Shown: one piece after another, positions 63,277-64,000 of the stretch
Numbering within the stretch: position 1 is the stretch's first letter
Layout of the letters: every line of letters starts with the position of its first letter
Assembly: GCA_963847185.1 (NCBI GenBank)
Contig: CAWJYV010000008.1
Coordinates: forward strand, 992,001-1,056,000
From: an uncultured Methanosarcinaceae archaeon
GTDB taxonomy: Archaea; Halobacteriota; Methanosarcinia; Methanosarcinales; Methanosarcinaceae
DNA: 64,000 nucleotides
Direction of reading: 5' to 3'
Position numbers and translations under genes: made by a program
Notes under the pieces: model-generated
Told to the model about the DNA's origin: nothing
What the model saw: only the letters and a program-made list of their open reading frames with translations
The model's database searches: none

Positions 63277-64000
63277 TTGAAAAACGTGGAATCATCCGTA
63301 CTTATAGTTATTATCCTTATTTCGTGTTTAATGAGCAGTTCATTTCTTGCTGCAGCTGTTGTAGAAAACTCTGAAGTTCCCCAAAATAATACATCTTGTT
63401 GTGCGCTTGAAACAGCACCTATGAACCCTGATTTTCAGGAATCCGGGGAGTCTGCTTCAATTGACCTTGTCTCCATAGTTGATGATCGTATATACGTGTC
63501 AGATGCAGGATACAAACCTTCTCCTGTAGATCTGTCCGAAATTGTGGAATCTGAAGTACTTGAAGGAAGACTGCTAGTGAGAGCTTCAGATGACATTCCG
63601 ACAGCATATGATTTGAGAAAAGAAGGTAAACTAACAGCTATAGGAAACCAGGGACAGATTGGAAGCTGCTGGGCTTTTTCAAGTATCGCTTCTCTTGAAT
63701 CCTATCTTTTAGGCACAGAAGGAAAAAGCTATGATTTTTCCGAAAACAATATGAAAAATCTTGTTTCAGAAAGCTATTCTGAGGGTTTTGACCTGACTCC
63801 TGAAGACGGAGGAAATGCATTCATGTCAACAGCATACCTTTCTCGCTGGGCAGGGCCTGTTAATGAATCCGAAGACCCTTACAGCGATTCATCAGTCAAT
63901 TCACCCACTGGGCTTTCTGAACAGAAACATGTGCAGGAAGTACTTTTCCTGCCATTAAGGACAGAGTCTCTGGACAATGAGATGCTCAAAAAAGCAATTA
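63277..64000 (+). CDS. Secreted papain-family (C1A) cysteine protease / cell-surface protein, truncated by the window edge
   Basis: Hydrophobic N-terminus, APMNPDF, PSPVDLS, YDLR, NQGQIGSCWAF catalytic Cys motif, DGGN..MSTAYL. Confidence 0.88.
   Translation, partial: MKNVESSVLIVIILISCLMSSSFLAAAVVENSEVPQNNTSCCALETAPMNPDFQESGESASIDLVSIVDDRIYVSDAGYKPSPVDLSEIVESEVLEGRLLVRASDDIPTAYDLRKEGKLTAIGNQGQIGSCWAFSSIASLESYLLGTEGKSYDFSENNMKNLVSESYSEGFDLTPEDGGNAFMSTAYLSRWAGPVNESEDPYSDSSVNSPTGLSEQKHVQEVLFLPLRTESLDNEMLKKAI

Overview
Archaeal chromosome segment, almost certainly from Methanosarcina (mtxXAH, MA1821/MA1822-type homocysteine synthesis genes, PGF-pre-PGF/PKD surface protein, eS1). Core genes include mtxXAH, rfcL, cdc48, ribC-ribH-aspC, ribL, thiC, topA, rps3ae, tRNA-Val(TAC) and tRNA-Leu(TAA). 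They alternate with accessory regions. The most notable unexplained structures are: (1) three tandem paralogous ~75-95 nt hairpin units at 5430-6110, each with its own minus-strand TATA box and a C-rich loop (candidate sRNA array); (2) five secreted low-complexity or repeat proteins sharing one distinctive signal peptide, including a three-gene Gly/Ser-rich cluster; (3) a ~490-nt hairpin-dense leader before a secreted beta-helix protein; (4) an ATTAY-N5-GTAAT palindrome shared by an HTH-CBS regulator gene and the homocysteine synthase promoter; (5) a defence-like cluster after tRNA-Leu (STAS-PIN, HicB remnant, EVE-nuclease, Dna2-like nuclease-helicase, IS701), plus a CBS-HEPN gene; (6) an IS200/IS605-type non-autonomous element and an SSV-type int(N) fragment on tRNA-Val. 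Six accessory genes carry a total of seven single +1 frameshifts, which may be assembly errors. All family assignments come from motif recognition by eye, not database searches.
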